A stretch of 64,000 bases of DNA from Ginglymostoma cirratum (Eukaryota): contig JAHRHZ010000016.1 of assembly GCA_024137785.1 (NCBI GenBank), positions 32,829,962 through 32,893,961 of the forward strand, in the 5' to 3' direction. The notes below the pieces were generated by a model that was not told the DNA's origin, searched no databases, and worked only from the letters and a program-made list of their open reading frames with translations. Positions 1 through 11,335 of this stretch are shown here, one piece after another; position 1 is the stretch's first letter, and each line of letters begins with the position of its first letter. The position numbers and the translations under genes are program-made.

Positions 1-112
1 CCTTCATCAGAAACCATTTCTGATGAAGGGTTTAGGCCCGAAACGTCAAGTTTTCCTGCTCCTATGATGCTGCTTGACCTGCTGTGTTCATCCAGCCCCA
101 TGCTTGTTATCT
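1..112 (+). mobile_element. Penelope pseudo-LTR-derived short element (fold-back centre at window start)
   Basis: Bases 20-112 match the reverse complement of the Penelope 3' ends at 2205-2295 and 43117-43212. CCTTCATCAGAAA (1-13) is the reverse complement of TTTCTGATGAAGG (17-29), indicating an inverted arm that runs off the window. Confidence 0.8.
20..47 (+). ncRNA. Minimal type I hammerhead ribozyme motif (Penelope-type)
   Basis: CTGATGA-A-GGG(tttagg)CCC-GAAA-CG-TC: core, stem II and palindromic ACGT stem III are present; stem I is weak. Confidence 0.6.
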
Positions 113-429
113 TCCTTGACTGAATACTGCTGACAACTATAGCAATCTACCTGGTTTTGGTGGAATCTGAATGTAGGATCTGAACAATATAGGTCTTGCA
201 GACATTCGTAGCAGAATCAGGTGAGATGGTTGGCGAGAGCTAACTCAATGTTGGGGGTATCTTGTTGCATCTTTTATGTATTTGCCAAGTGGTGAGGAAA
301 GTTTGTTGCTAGAGACTGGTGAGTCATCAATTAAGGGCGATCACGGCTTGTTAAATGCCTTATTAATACTATCACTTGCCTTATTAATACTCAGCTTCCC
401 AACTTACCTAACATACTTAACAAGCTACA

Positions 430-1010
430 TGTCATGAATTTTTGACCTGGAAGTCAGTGTAGTTAGCCAGTGATTTTAGCTCACCTCTGGCTGGGAAGGG
501 TTTCCATGTTGCTCAACACCAAACAACATCTCAAATCATGATCCATGGCCACCAATTACACACCCCTTGTCCATGGACATTGGCACCTGATATTTACCAA
601 TCTCTCACCACCATCATGGCAACTGTCTGATCCACTTACAGGCCACATTAGAAGTACAGACTAACAGTGCAGGATGCAATAACAACTAACATTGAAAGTC
701 TGCTGCAGGGAGGTTTTGCACATAGCGTTAGGCACCCAGTTCACAAATTGGACCAGGTTGCATCTCCGAACTGCTCACTCGCTCTCTTAGGGCTTGACCA
801 GTTAGCATGGAAGCAAAAGGCCCTCAGCACTGCTAAGTTGACGTGTATATACATGCACAGGCACATTCTGTTGTGAGAGTGGGATTAGGGCTACCATCTT
901 GCTCTTATCCAGCACAACAATTTAGTATCTGCAGCATGTGTCAGCTGATTGTACAGTGCATTCATTCAACCAAGTGGCCAACAGGATGGGAGCTAGTCCT
1001 CAGTCCAGTC
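430..1010 (+). mobile_element. Highly decayed PIF/Harbinger transposase-like remnant
   Basis: Scattered peptides (GGFAH...QVASPNCSLALL; WD*GYHL) loosely resemble Harbinger GF..GFP.V.G.IDCTHV and GD.GYPL motifs. Confidence 0.3.
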
Positions 1011-1020
1011 AAGAATTCAT

Positions 1021-1163
1021 AGAATCCCTACAGTGTAGAAACAGGACATTCAGGCCATTAACCCTCTGAAGGGCATCCCACTCCCTTACCTGAGGGTGGA
1101 ATCGAACTCTGGTCCTTGGTGCTGTGAGGCAGCTGTGCTAACCACTGAGTCACCGTGCCTCCC
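1021..1163 (-). mobile_element. HE1 SINE, internally deleted
   Basis: The reverse complement has the HE1 tRNA-like head (GGCACGGTGACTCAGTGGTTAGCACAGCTGCCTCACAG) joined to the HER1-type tail (...ACACTGTAGGGATTCT). Confidence 0.8.
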
Positions 1164-2204
1164 TGAAAGGCACCTATTGGTCCGGGTGTGGGAGTACAGT
1201 CAGTCAGACATACCGGCCACTAACAGTCCTGAGATTTAACAGTGGTCAGTCATCTGTTAGTGGGAAGCTACAAAGACAGTGGTCAGGGTTCTGGTCAGTT
1301 ATGTCAAGGGGCAGTTTGTTGAAGTTGATAAGACATATATATGGCAGCATAAAGAACAGCCTTGGAGGGCACAGTAGGCTGTATGAGTGGGGTTATTGCC
1401 TGTGACCACTATCATGGCCTTCATAGGAGTGATGTAGAAGAGCAGAATGGGCATCATTAAGGTGTAATGTCAGGGTTCGGGGGAAGGGAAGACAGTTGGA
1501 GGGAAAGTCCAATATGGTGGGCTTCCACATAGGAAGATGGGTGAAAACAGACTGGAGTAAGGTAATAGGAGGAATGGATGTTCTGGAGTATGAGCTACCT
1601 GATGACCAGGCAGAGTCCAGTGCTGATGGTGTCATCCATGAGCAGTGTTCCCTTGCTGTTCTCTAGATTTGAAATGCAACTAGAAAATAGCTGGGACAAC
1701 ACCAAGATGGGTGGGGTCAGTTTCACTCTGATGGGCAAAAACATGGACTCGATGTCTGCTAGACACTAAGACATTGAAGGAAATATGTCAAGCAAGAGTT
1801 TGCAAACTGCAGCTACATTTTGGTTTCAATAATTTCTTGAACCATTTGCAATACATGCAGAGTAAACATGAGTAGACATCAGATGTTGGTCAAATATTGA
1901 TTTCACCAGGGAACTGGTGTTTGCAAAACTAACATTGGTAGCACAATGATGCAGAAGTTAGTGGCAATGACACGACAGGAAGTGAATGCTGATCAAAAAC
2001 ATCTCATCACTTATGTATCTTCCAAGGGTGCTGTTGTACAAGGAGAACATTGCTGCATCGTATGTGTCAGTTGGATGGGGGACTCTACTAAATACAGGTT
2101 TCTTGGGTGGTATGTGAGTGTGATGGGTAAGGAATGAAAGCACAGCAAGCCCTCCCTTTTTGATGCAATATGTTGGCCACACAGCCAAATATAAAAGAAC
2201 TGAG

Positions 2205-3539
2205 ATAATAAGGTGTAGAGCTGGATGAACACAGCAGGCCAGGCAGCATCAGAGGATCAGGAAAGCTGATGTTTCGGGTTTGGACTCTTCTTCAGAAATG
2301 GGGGAGAGGAAGGACACTCTGAAATAAATAGAGAGGGGGGAGGTGATGATGGAAGAAAGATAGTGGAGTAGATAGGTGGAGAGAAGACGGAGGGGTCGAG
2401 GAGGCAAGGATGCAGCCAGTACAGGTGATTATAGGTAGGGAGTTGGGATGTGGTTGGTCAGTGAGGAGGGAGGGGCGGGTAGGTGGAAGGGAAAACAGAC
2501 AGATCAAGGAGGTGGGGATGAGGCTAGTAGGTAGGAAGAGGGGGTGGGGGTTGGTCAGTGAGGTGGGAGGAGAGGATAGGTGGGAGAAAAGATGGACAGG
2601 TCAAGGAGGCGGGGAAGAGATGGGCTGGTCTTGGGATGAGGTTGGGGGTGGAGAGATTTTGAAGCTTGTGAAGTCCACATTGAGACCATTAGGCTGCAGG
2701 GTTCCCAAGCGGAATATGAGGTGCTGTTCCTCCAGCCTTCGGGTGGCATCATCACGGCACTGGAGGAGGCCTAGGATGGACATGTCGTCTGCGGAGGAGG
2801 AGGGGAAGTTGAAGTAGTTTGCGACTGGGAGATGCAGTCGTTTGTCGTGAACTGAGTGTAGATGTTCCACCAAGCGGTCCCCAAGCATCCGCTTGGATTC
2901 CCCAATGTAGAGAAACATCGGGAACAGCGGATACAGTATATAACATTAGCAGATGTGCAAGTGAACATCTGTTTAATGTGGAAGGTTTTCTTGGGGCCTG
3001 GGATGGGGTTGAGGGGGGGAGGTGTAGGGGCAGGTGTAGCACTTCCTGCGGTTGCAGGGAAAAGTGCCGGGGTGGTGGGGCTAATGGGGAGTGTGGAGCG
3101 GACAAGGGACTCATGGAGAGAGTGGTCCCTCCGGAAAGCAGATAAGGATGGGGAGGGAAATATATCCTTCGTAGTGGGGTCAGATTGCAGGTGGCGGAAG
3201 TGGCGGAGAATGATGCGTTGAATCCGGAGGTTGGTGGGGTGATAAATGAGGACAAGGGGAATTCTGTCTTTGTTGTTATTGCGGGGAGAGGGGTGTGAGA
3301 GCTGAGGTGTGGGAAACACACGAGATGCAGTCGAGGGCATTTTCGACCACTGTGGAGGGGAAATTGTGGTCCTTGAAAAACAAGGACATCTGGGATGTCT
3401 GGAGTGGAACAGCTCATCTTGGGAGCAGATGCGGCAGAGGCGAAGGAATTATGAATAGGGGATAGCATTCTTGCAGGAAGGTGGGTGAGAGGATGCAGTG
3501 AGAGTGGGTGCAGTCCCAGCATCGGCAGTTCTGAGTAAG
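2205..3539 (-). mobile_element. Penelope-like retroelement, 5'-truncated (GIY-YIG endonuclease region + pseudo-LTR)
   Basis: Frameshifted ORFs 2771-3340 and 2601-2918 give NVIYCIRCSRC / LYIGESKRMLGDRLVEHL...EQHLIFRLGTLQPNGLN. A 14-bp TSD ATAAAAGAACTGAG lies at 2191-2204 and 3540-3553, and a degenerate hammerhead core at 2268-2295. Confidence 0.92.
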
Positions 3540-3569
3540 ATAAAAGAACTGAGTATTGTTTAAATAGGA

Positions 3570-4195
3570 GCAGAAAGCTGCAGCACAGATGCATTTAAAG
3601 TTCACCACGCATGAGTCATAAAATGCTAGCATGCAGTATCAGTGGGTAATAGTGAAGTCAAATAGACTGTAGGCCTTTATTTCTAAAGGAATGGAGTACT
3701 AAAGTAGGGAGGTCTTGGTAAAGGTATATAAGGCACTAGTCATACCACACCTGGAATACTGTGAACAGTTCTGGTTCATTATTTAAGGAAAGATATGCTG
3801 ACATTGCAGGCAAACCAGCAAAGATTCACTGGATTGATCCTGGGTATGGAGGGATTTAGTTACGAGGAGAGGTTGAATAGTTTGGGTTTGTACTCACTGA
3901 ATTGAGAAGAATGAAAAAAGACCTCATTGAAATCCATAACATTTTTAGAACACTTGATAGGGAAGATGTCGAGAATCTAGGTCCAGAATAAGGATTATCC
4001 ATCACAGACAGAGATGAGGAGGATAGTGAATCTGAGAATTTGTTACCACAGAAAGCTGTAGAGGCTGGGTGATTATCAATATTCAAGGCTGAGACAGACA
4101 GATATTTAATCAGTTATGGAATTAAAGGCTATGGAGAAAAGACAGGAAAGTGAAGTAGAGTGTTATCAGATTAGTCACGATCTCACTGACGGAAC
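3570..4195 (+). mobile_element. CR1/HER1 LINE 3' fragment
   Basis: RT C-terminal peptide VYKALVIPHLEYCEQFW and a typical CR1 3' region. Confidence 0.8.
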
Positions 4196-4767
4196 ATGAA
4201 TATCTACCTAGCAGAGAGCCTAGTCAGGATGATATTATTGAGGTAAGGTAGATTTGGATTAAATCATTTGATATGATTCATCGAGAATACTAACCCTTTC
4301 GTCTTCTTATTACAGCATCTATCTATTTCTTCCTCCAGTGTCTGGGAGCAAGTCTATGTCAGGACGATAAGGCCTGGTAGTTAACCATTGTCTGTGTAAA
4401 CAAGATATTCCTCATTAAAAAGTTAAAATATGTATGACTGAAACAGTAATCAATAGAAATAGAAACAATCATCGCAATGAATGGTCAAATAAAAGCAAAA
4501 TACTGCAGATGCTGTAAATCTGAAATAATAAGAGAAAACTCTGGAGAAACTCAGCAGGTCTGCTAACATCCATTTTGAGTCATGTTCCGATCTGTTGAGA
4601 GTTTACAAACATACACGGAAGGAGGTGACAGGGGAATTCTCAAGGTATATGGTTGTATGTGGAACAGCCTTGGAGGGCACTGTAGGCAACATGAGTGGGG
4701 TTACTGTCAGTGACTACCACCATTGTATGCATGGGCATGCTCACACATGCACGCACGAATGAACAAT

Positions 4768-5122
4768 GGGGAGGCGATGGCCTCATGGCATTATTGCTGG
4801 ACTGTTAATCTAGAGACCCAGATAACATTCTGGAGATCTGGGTTCAAATCCCACCATGGCGGAATTTGAATTCAACAAAATATCTGGAATTAAGAATCTA
4901 ATGATGACCATGAATCCATTGCTGATTGTGAGGAAAGTCCCACCTGGTTCACTAATGCCCTTTAGGAAAGGAAATTGCCATCCTTATATTGTCTGGCCTA
5001 CATGTGCCTCCACACCCACAATGATGTGGTTGACTCTGAACTACCATCTGGGCAATTATGGATGGCAATAAATGCTGCCTTGCCAGCGATGCCCTCACCC
5101 TGTTAATGAATAAAGGAAAAAG
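4768..5122 (+). mobile_element. tRNA-derived SINE (second family, SlmI-like body)
   Basis: Head GGGGAGGCGATGGCCT with B-box GGTTCAAATCC, body TGGTTCACTAATGCCCTTTAGGAAAGGAAA and tail AATAAATGCTG..CCAGCGATGCCC. The family recurs at 41484, 51748 and 18680. Confidence 0.8.
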
Positions 5123-6833
5123 AAACACGCACACATACAGTCCCTGAGTGTTTGTCAGGTTGCTGATTGATTATGACCCTGTTTTATGTTGCTGGCACAG
5201 GTCAATGTCAGCACCCAGCGCACAACCCCATATATATTAAAAATCTGAATCATGTTTCTAAGACAGATCAAAGTAAGGTATTTCATAGAGGTCAACACAA
5301 TCAATCAGCCTATCTTTGATGATTCTGCTTTTCCTAATTGAGAAGCATTTGTATTATGAGTAAGGCCCCATAGTGCAGGTCACTATCAAGTCTGAAAATC
5401 GTATGAAAAATGATCATGTAATTGACAATGACAACAAAGCACTTTGCTTAGGATCCTAAGAATCTGTATATTGGAAGAAGTAAATATTTTGAGGTTCAGG
5501 GATTATGTGATGAAGCCTAATTTTCACACAGTGAAGGTATTGTAAGGGACAAAATTATACAGGATACCATATTTGGAGTTTAGAAGGAATAAAGGAAGAG
5601 CAGTCAGAGGAGCATTGTATTGTATTGTGAATTTTACTAGTGGGCTGCAATGGAGAAAAAGGTTTGCGCTGGAAGTCAAAGGTTTTAGCGCTTTGAATGT
5701 AATGAGTTAACTGGATCAAAATAAGGATATGGCCACATAATTTGAAAGGGTTAAAAGTTTCAATGCTAGTCAGCCCTCAAAGCATGTCTGGAGTCAATTT
5801 GTTTGTCTCAAGTCAATCTGTTGCAATAGTTATCTCAGGGGTTGTCTCCTTTGCAGAAAGAAGAAGGGACAAAAATTGTCGTCTGTTTTATTACCACAGG
5901 CCATTAAGCATCAGAACAGAAACAAAGGCCATTAGGTCCATGTTTTCTATGTCTGCTCTTTATTAAAACAATCTAATACTAATCGTACTGGCCTACTCAT
6001 CTAAAGCATTAAGTACAATAAGACCAAAAGATATAAAAGCAGCATTAGGGCACTCGGCCCATCGAGTCTGCCCTGCCATTTGATCATGGCTGATATGTTT
6101 CCCAACTCCATTCCCCTGCCTTCTCCCTGTAACCCATGCTCCTCTTACCAATCAAGAACCTATTTGTCTCTGTCCTAAGTATAGTTAATTACTTGGCCTC
6201 CACAGCCTTCTGTGATAATAAATTCTACAGATGAACTACCCACTGGCTGAAGATGTTTCTCCTCATCTCAGTTCTAAAGGGTTATCCCTTGACTCTGAGG
6301 CTGTGACCCCACATCCTAGCCTCGCCTACTAGTGGAAACATCTTCTTCATGTCCACTCTATCCAGGCTTCTCAGTATTCTATAAGTTTCAATCAGATTCA
6401 TCTTCATCCTTCTTATCTCCATCGATTACAGAACCAGAGTCCTCAACTTCTCCTCAGATGACAAGCCCTTCACGCCCGGGATCATTCTTGTAAACCTTCT
6501 CTGAATTCCTTTTAATGCCAACACATAATTCCTTAGATGGCAGGCCTAAAATTGCTCACGATATTCCAAATGCAGTCTGACCAGAACGTTATACAACCTC
6601 AGCAGTAAATCTCTGCTCTTGTATTATAACCCTCTTGAAATGAATGCTAACAATGCCTTTGCCATCCTAATTGCCAACTGAACCTATATGCTAACCTGAA
6701 GACAATCCTGAACTAGGACTCCCAAGTCCCTTTATGCTTCAGCTTTCTGAAGCCTTTCACTATTCACAAAACAGTTAATGGTACGATTCTTCCTATCAAA
6801 CTGTATAACCCCTCACTTGGCTACATTCTATTC

Positions 6834-6932
6834 TTTTCCTGAAGAAGGGTCTAGACCCGAAACGTCAGCTTTCCTGCTCCTCTGATGCTGTTTGGCCTGC
6901 TGTGTTTATCCAGCTCTACACCTTGTTATCTC
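6834..6932 (+). mobile_element. 99-bp Penelope-derived hammerhead-headed insertion
   Basis: TSD TTCTATTC at 6826-6833 and 6933-6940. The sequence matches the Penelope 3' end at 43117-43212 (reverse complement). Confidence 0.85.
6839..6866 (+). ncRNA. Minimal hammerhead ribozyme motif
   Basis: CTGAAGA-A-GGGTC(TA)GACCC-GAAA-CG-TC; stem I is poorly supported. Confidence 0.6.
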
Positions 6933-9076
6933 TTCTATTCCATCTGTCCCCTGTTTGTCCACTCTCCTAGTTTGTCCAAGTCCTTCTGCAACCTCCCCAC
7001 TTCCTCAATACTCCCTGTCTTCCACCCATCTTTGTGTCATCTGCAAACTAAGCAACAATGCTCTCAATTCCTTTGTCTAGATTGTTAATGTATAACATAA
7101 ATAGTTGTCGTCTGAAAGCTGAATCCTGTAGAACTCCACTAGTCCTTATCTGCCTTTTATCCTCACTCTCTGTCTTCTGCCAGTCAGCCAATCCTCTATC
7201 AGTACTCTGCCCCTAACACCATGGGCTCTTATAGTATTTAATATCCTTTTGTGTGGCAGCTTTTCAAAGGCCTTCTGAAAAGCTAAATAGATTATATCTA
7301 TTGACTCTCCTTTGTCTAACTTGCTTATTATCTCATCAAATTATTTTAGCAGATTTGTCAGCATGATCTCCCCTTTATAAAGCAGTGCTGCCTCAGCCCT
7401 ATTTTCCCATGCATTTCCAAGAACTTTGCAATCTCATCCTTAATAGTGGATTCTAAAATCTCACTAACGAGCTAGGTCAGGCTAATCACCTACAGTTTCC
7501 TCTCTTCTGTCTCCCTCCCTTTTTTAACAGAGGTTTTACATTAACCATTTTTCAGTCCTCCGTGACCCTCTCTGACTCCAAGTGAATCCTGAAAGATCAC
7601 CACCAATCCCTTTATAAAAAGTTTAGCTATCTCCTTCAGAATTCTGGGGCATAGTCCATCAACTTCCAGGTGATTTATTTGCCTTCAGGCCTTTTAGCTT
7701 CCTAAACACCTTCTCCTTGGTGATGGCCACTATACTCACTTCCGTCCCTTGACTTCCTTGAAGTTTTGGTACGTTACTGGTGTCTTCCACTGTGAGGAAT
7801 GATGCAAAGTACCTATTCATTTCGTTTACCATTTTTGTTCCCCACTGCTGTTTCACCAGCCTCATTTTCCAATGTTTACTCTAGCTTCTCTCTTATCCTT
7901 TAAATACCTAAAAAAAACCTCTTGCAATCTTCTTTCATGTTACTAGCTTGCTTACTCTCATATTTCATCTTGTCTTCTCTCCCCTTATTGCTTTTTTAGT
8001 TATCCTCTGCTGGTTTTTTACAGGTTCACAATCGTTTGGCTTCCTACTAATGTTTGATTTTTCTTTCATTATTATTTTGTCCTGACTTCTCTTGTCAGCT
8101 ATGGTTGCCTCATCCTCCCATTATCATGCTTCTTCTTCCATGGGGTGAATTTCTGCCATGCCTCCTGAATTAACCCTGGAAATTCCTGCCATTGCTGCTC
8201 TACCATCTTCCCTGATAGGCTCCCTTTACAATCAATTCTGGCCAGCTCTTACATCTGATTCCATCTCCTCCCTCTCAAACTGCAGAGTGAATTCTAACAT
8301 TTGATGGTCATTGCCCCCATGCCGTTCCTTGATCTTCAGCTCTTTAATCAAGTCTGCCTCATTATGGATCATCAAATCCAGAATAGCCTGCTCCCCAGTG
8401 GGCTCTACCATAAGCTGCTCCAAAAAGAAAACATTTTGTAGACATTCCATAAACTCCTTTTCTTGAAATATGCTACCAACTTGATTTTACTTGCATGATG
8501 AAGTCTCCCATGATTATTGTAATAGTACCTTTCTTACATGTCTTTTTTATCTCCTGATATTTTTTTCCCACATCCTGACTACTGTTAGGAGGTCTGTACA
8601 CAGTTCCCATCAGGGTCTTTTATCCTTGTGGCATATTCTATGCTTTCTGACTCTATATTATTTCTTGCTATCAATTTAGCTTCATTTCTTACTAACAAAG
8701 CAACCCCGCACCCCCGGCCACCTGCCTGTCCTTTCAATAGGATGTAGATTTAGTTTCCAGCCCCGATCTCCTTACAGCCACATCTCTGTAATGCTCACAA
8801 CATTGTACCTACCAATCTCAATCTGCACTATAAACTCATTTACCTTGTTCATATACTGTGTGCATTTAAGTACAGCACTTTCAGTCCCACATTGATCACC
8901 CTCTTCTCATAGTTGTCCCCTTATCTTCTGTGCCTGAAGTTAGATTCCTGACCCTTTCCAAACTCTCTGTCCTATTAAAAAAAACCAAAAGAACTGCAGA
9001 TGCTGTAAATCAGGAACAAAAACAAAGTTGCTGAAAAGCTCAGCAGGTCTGGCAGCATCTGTGGAGGAGAAAACAG

Positions 9077-9114
9077 AGTTAATGTTTCGGGTCCGGTGAC
9101 CCTTCCTCAGAACT
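9077..9114 (-). ncRNA. Minimal type I hammerhead ribozyme motif (minus strand)
   Basis: The reverse complement reads AGTT-CTGAGGA-A-GGGTC(ACCG)GACCC-GAAA-CA-TT-AACT, giving stem I AGTT/AACT and a 5-bp stem II; stem III CG appears to have decayed to CA. Confidence 0.65.
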
Positions 9115-9146
9115 GAGGAAGGCTCACCGGACCCGAAACATTAACT
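9113..9146 (+). ncRNA. Minimal hammerhead ribozyme motif (plus strand, mirror copy)
   Basis: CTGAGGA-A-GGCTC(ACCG)GACCC-GAAA-CA-TT-AACT, with one stem II mismatch and the 5' stem I strand lost. Confidence 0.5.
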
Positions 9147-10447
9147 TTATTTTCTCCTCCACAGATGCTGCCAGACCTGCTGAGCTTTTCCAGCAACTTT
9201 GTTTTTGTCTCTGTCTTAAGACTTGTTCTGGAAACTTTAATAACTTCTGTTGAGCCCTGCCACACTTTACATTTTCCATGAGCTTCCATGCAACTCGTTG
9301 CCCAGAACATCTCCTCCCTTTCCTAGGACTAATGTGAGTATCTTATATATTCAAACCCGTTTCTCCACAAACAACCTTTGAGCTATGCATTTACCTCTTT
9401 AATCTTGTTGACCCTGTGTGAATTTGCCTGCGGCTCAGGTAGCAATCCAGAGATTATCAACTCTGAGCTGGAGTTCCTCAAGCAACGAACCCTTGCTGCA
9501 CAAGTGATCGCTATGAACCGCAGTGGGGTCCACCAACTCCTACAGCATGCAATTACAGCGCATCACCTAGCCCAGAATCACTATTTTAATTACTTAGTTC
9601 TTAATTTGATTTTTAAAACTTTCAGACTGGTCTGTTAGTCTGTAAATATTTCTCCTATTTACCTTCAATCTGTAAGTAACCCATAACAGTCAAATAGGAG
9701 CAATCACCAACCTACAAACTTACAGTTTACCTGTGATGTCACTCCTTTATTCTGGGCCCCTGATCCTTGAATTTAATTATCCTGTTAAAAAAAATCCTTA
9801 CAAGTGATGAGCCAAAAAAATAGCACTGAGCGAGAAATCTGAAGAAATATAGAGGCAGAACCTTTGATTATTCTTTGCCTTTGTTTTGGAGCTTTAAATT
9901 GTGTGTTCAAAATATCCATTTGATACCGGGATGTCCCCTGCCTGAAACATGCCTGGAAATGCAGTAATAGTGATATGGGTTTGGTTTCGCCGTAGAGTTT
10001 CTTGGTGGTCACCTGATATGAATTCTGGGCTGATTACGGCATGTAAACAGAGGTTCTGCCTTATCTTAGGACCCTTTGGGAAATTTTAGGAACAGAGCTA
10101 GGACAGGAGGAGAATAAAAATACGGGAGAGGATAAAATTAATTAACATGGTTGTATTTTGCCCATAAGCAGTGAAAATTGCATCACTGGGGCTTAGAACA
10201 TGAATTTGAAAGTTGAGGGGACAGTCTTTTCTTGACTGTCAAATGTTATGTGTGTAAATGTATTTTGTTAGCTAGAGGTTTTGGGCCTTTCTGGAAATAC
10301 TAATATAAATTCAGGCTAATAAATCCTCAGACTGCCACTTTGTTCTTTTACCTTAATTGAGGAGTATTGTTCAAGATCTTGAATATGAAATCAAAATGAA
10401 CCTTTTTTAACCTATAAACATGGTATTCCTTTGCTGAAATAGGGCCT

Positions 10448-10460
10448 GTTGCTTGGCAAC
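10448..10460. promoter_or_regulatory. Candidate RFX X-box
   Basis: GTTGCTTGGCAAC has palindromic GTTGC/GCAAC half-sites and sits in apparently non-repetitive DNA. This is a motif match only. Confidence 0.35.
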
Positions 10461-11002
10461 AAAATATCATGTTCCCTGGTGGCTGAGATTAAAATGGAAT
10501 AGATAAGAGAGACAGCACAGAGACTTAGCATTGTCTGAAAGCATGGAGGAGGAAAGCCATGATGAATGATAAAGCTGCACATTCATTCCAGGTCTCCAAG
10601 ATGTTTCATCTCAGACTACATTATTTTTGGCACAACACTCCATGCTGCAAAAATCTCTTGTGTTCAGCCACAATCTTCATTCTCTTAACAATGAGCACAC
10701 AATCCCATCCCATTCCAAAGCACTCAGGCCACCTTTAAATTTATTTTCACTCAGTCTGCATATTCTTTGATGTTGTCATGAACCATTCAAAACGGAGACC
10801 CTCATTCCCCATGTTTCCCAGTGGTGTTCAGGAAACCTCTTGTCTTTATGCCATCGCAAGATTCGAAATTGTGTTCACTATTTACAGGTTCACACGTTCC
10901 ACAAACCTCAAGAATGAAAACGGGTCTACTGCTGTCCCCAGAGTACAGCACTTGAAGTGATTCTCCAATCCAAGTCACAAGCATATTTGAAGTGATCAGT
11001 CT

Positions 11003-11335
11003 GCAGTATGTGTCAATGTCCAATTTGAGTCAATGTTCATTATAAGTCATCGCACAGAAAGTCAATGTGCAATGGTGTGATCTGAACATAATGTGAACCT
11101 GTGTGCAGTGTAGGGCAAAGTGCTATAGGAGTAAATGTGCAATGATTACCCTGCAGTGTGAATTAATGTGCAATGAGTTTTTATACAGCCGTGAGGCCAA
11201 CATACAGTAAGTCAACATGAAATGTGGGTCAATGTTCAATATAAGGTTAATATGCAGTGTGAGTAAACATGAGTGGGTGAACATGAATGTGAGTGGATGT
11301 GAGTGTGAACCAACATGCCATGTCAGTCAATAAAC
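11003..11335. repeat. Degenerate ~17-bp minisatellite (GTGTGAGTCAATGTGCA-like), array 1
   Basis: Recurrent gtcaatgtgca / gcagtgtgag units. Confidence 0.7.

Larger units (their letters stand above)
8978..9208. mobile_element. Fold-back Penelope-derived element (family B) with about 95-bp inverted arms
   Basis: 9016-9110 is the reverse complement of 9113-9208 with about 4 differences, around a 2-nt centre. Confidence 0.88.
6020..9750 (-). mobile_element. CR1 LINE, near full length but decayed and internally deleted (ORF1 Zn-finger/esterase, APE, RT)
   Basis: Minus-strand peptides: ORF1 QVMRCNCML*EL...DHLCSK...LEELQLRV fused to LIISGLLPEPQAN (esterase-like); APE FLEQLMVEPTGEQAILDL...GGNDH; LKANKSPG; RT and 3' tail near 6020. 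Interrupted at 6834-6932 and about 8978-9208. Confidence 0.85.

Noticed and set aside
2296-2650. G-rich tract as a special G-quadruplex or regulatory locus
   Set aside because: It is the reverse complement of the pyrimidine-rich Penelope 3' region and recurs at 43215-43540.
1355-4723. About 60-bp similarity between 1355-1415 and 4663-4723
   Set aside because: The match is diverged and most simply two fragments of the same old repeat; no mechanism can be supported.
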